64,000 nucleotides of DNA, taken from positions 38,440,001 through 38,504,000 of the forward strand of contig CM114271.1 of the NCBI GenBank assembly GCA_050084515.1. Direction: 5' to 3'. This stretch comes from Blasia pusilla (lineage: Eukaryota). Below, piece after piece: positions 62,330 through 64,000 of the stretch (positions are counted from its first letter, which is position 1; each line of letters begins with the position of its first letter). The notes beneath the pieces are model-generated. The model had not been told where the DNA came from and made no database searches. It worked only from the letters and a program-made list of their open reading frames with translations. A program made the position numbers and the translations under genes.

Positions 62330-64000
62330 GATAGTTGGTGCGATGCATAGAGGATGCAGAACCAGCAGAGATTCAACCCCTATATGGCGTGGAAGGGACT
62401 TTTTCAGCATCTAGAGGGCCCTTCCATGGATGATTACCACGAGTTTTGGATTCTCCATGAGGTAGAGATGGAGGCATGGAGACTATTTTGGTCTCCAAGA
62501 TATGTGTCCCTCACAGGGCATGCGATGCATGATGTGGCGGCTGCAGTAGCACCCACTAACCCCACAGAGGAGACACTTGGAGGAGTTGTTGACTTGAGTC
62601 TTATGAGTGTGACCAGCCGAGTACCACCTGCGTTCAACCCATTGGTTGAACGTTCAACCTAACAGTTGAGAGAGTTTTTGAGAGGTCTATGCATGGCTCT
62701 GATGGTTGATCACAATGACTCATGGTGTGACAGAGGCGCAAGCGGTTCAGTTCTGGTATGCGATACTAGACCGCGAGTTGCATAAGACAGTGTGAGATGC
62801 AACTCTCTTACATGTTGGTTCGCCTACTCTCAAGTTTTTATTTTTGTTGGCGGAGTGCATTGAGCTCAACATACTTGAGAGAGTTTTGATGACAGGCATG
62901 TCATCTTCCAGGGAGACCACACAAGTGACAGTTTCTCCATGAGTGCCGCAACGCACTACTCAAGATAGAGTCATGGGACCGAGGGCTACGGGAGGATACC
63001 AAGAGCCACGACCACGACCAGTTCAGTCATACGCTGGGCAGCAAGGCTAAGGTATTTCTTGTTGGACGTGTAGAGGATCACATCGTCTGCGAGATTGTAG
63101 ATAGCAGAGTGGAGTGCAGGCAACACCATCAGCTGTATATGAGGCGGCCCAGGGGAGGCCACCCTTACCTCAGTGTAATCATTGGCAGAGATATGGGCAC
63201 TCACGTGAGAGATGTTTCGAGCTCCACCCTGAGCTATGCCTAGAGGGAGGTCGAGGACCTGGAGGTGGCAGAGGACAAGGTGCAGGTGGTCAAGGACGTG
63301 GTGAAGGCAAGATCCCACCACTAGCCAAAGCGAGTGCAACATTTGCATCAGAGGCAGCTTTGGCGAGGATTGCTCAGTTGGAGCAATGCATTCATGCTAT
63401 GACGGCACAACAGGCATCTACGTTAGGTGTAGGGGGCACGTTGACTTCCGGATCTGCTCGGGCCTAGGCAATGGCGGGAGATCTAGGAGGTATGGGATTT
63501 TTGTGCAACATCGCACAAGTGGATGCAGTGGTTACGAGAGGCGCGGTGAGAGCTTTTGAGCCACGAGGATCCGATGTGGAGTTGGATCCCAGAGGGGAGA
63601 GGCTTGCAGGCTGGCTAGACTTCCCCAGTCTTTCACATTGTCAGAGGCTCTTCGGACCCCAGCGATGGTCCCTAGACGGCCTTTGAGGAATGTTGTTATC
63701 GTAGATGCCGATGCAGTTAGAGGAGGGGGTGAGGTGACTACGTCTACTAGGCCTATGGAACATTCAACAGGGCCTATTACTAGCATGTTATGAGAGATGG
63801 CGACGGCTTTGTGTAGCGTCTCACTATTTACGGGTAGAGATTTTTTGACATATGGAGGTCGACCAGTTGAGGTTTTTTGGTTGGTGGCGATGCTCTGTGA
63901 GAGCGATGAGTTTAGTTCTTCTAGTGTTGAGACGCGCACAGGAGATGTGGCAGAGGTACCCTTGGAGCAGGTTCTCAGGATGAGAGCCATAGAGAGTTGG
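62330..64000 (+). pseudogene. Decayed LTR-retrotransposon gag region, running off the window end
   Basis: Zinc-knuckle-like QCNHWQRYGHSRERCFELHPE at ~63171-63233 followed by a GRG-rich stretch; gag-like VQFWYAILDREL...LAECIELN upstream; GC-rich with many stops. Confidence 0.6.

Overview
Eukaryotic, land-plant nuclear DNA; the element families and intron style suggest a non-seed plant, but that is inference. The window is mostly nested, decayed transposons. The only clearly intact genes are two two-exon plantacyanin (phytocyanin, blue-copper) paralogues in tail-to-tail orientation (35573-36611 +, 41903-42579 -). Each carries a miR408-like target site in its signal-peptide codons, and the two sites differ in quality. 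Recognisable TE content: a PIF/Harbinger element (DDE nuclease plus convergent Myb/SANT gene), a second truncated Harbinger nuclease, a truncated Ty3/gypsy element (LTR end, PBS, gag-PR-RT-RNase H), an RTE-X-like LINE, a split Helitron Rep pseudogene abutting an NLR-type LRR fragment, many non-autonomous Helitron termini and mini-Helitrons, an hAT MITE with a perfect 8-bp TSD, and several tandem arrays (99, ~170, 180 and ~320 bp). The least explained part is ~56-62 kb on the minus strand, where the ORF track misses a decayed single-frame protein-kinase domain, a coiled-coil plus RING-like gene and a weak PHD-like motif, next to a 180-bp array. These could be the cargo of an uncharacterised large mobile element. 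All calls come from reading the sequence by eye; no database searches were run.
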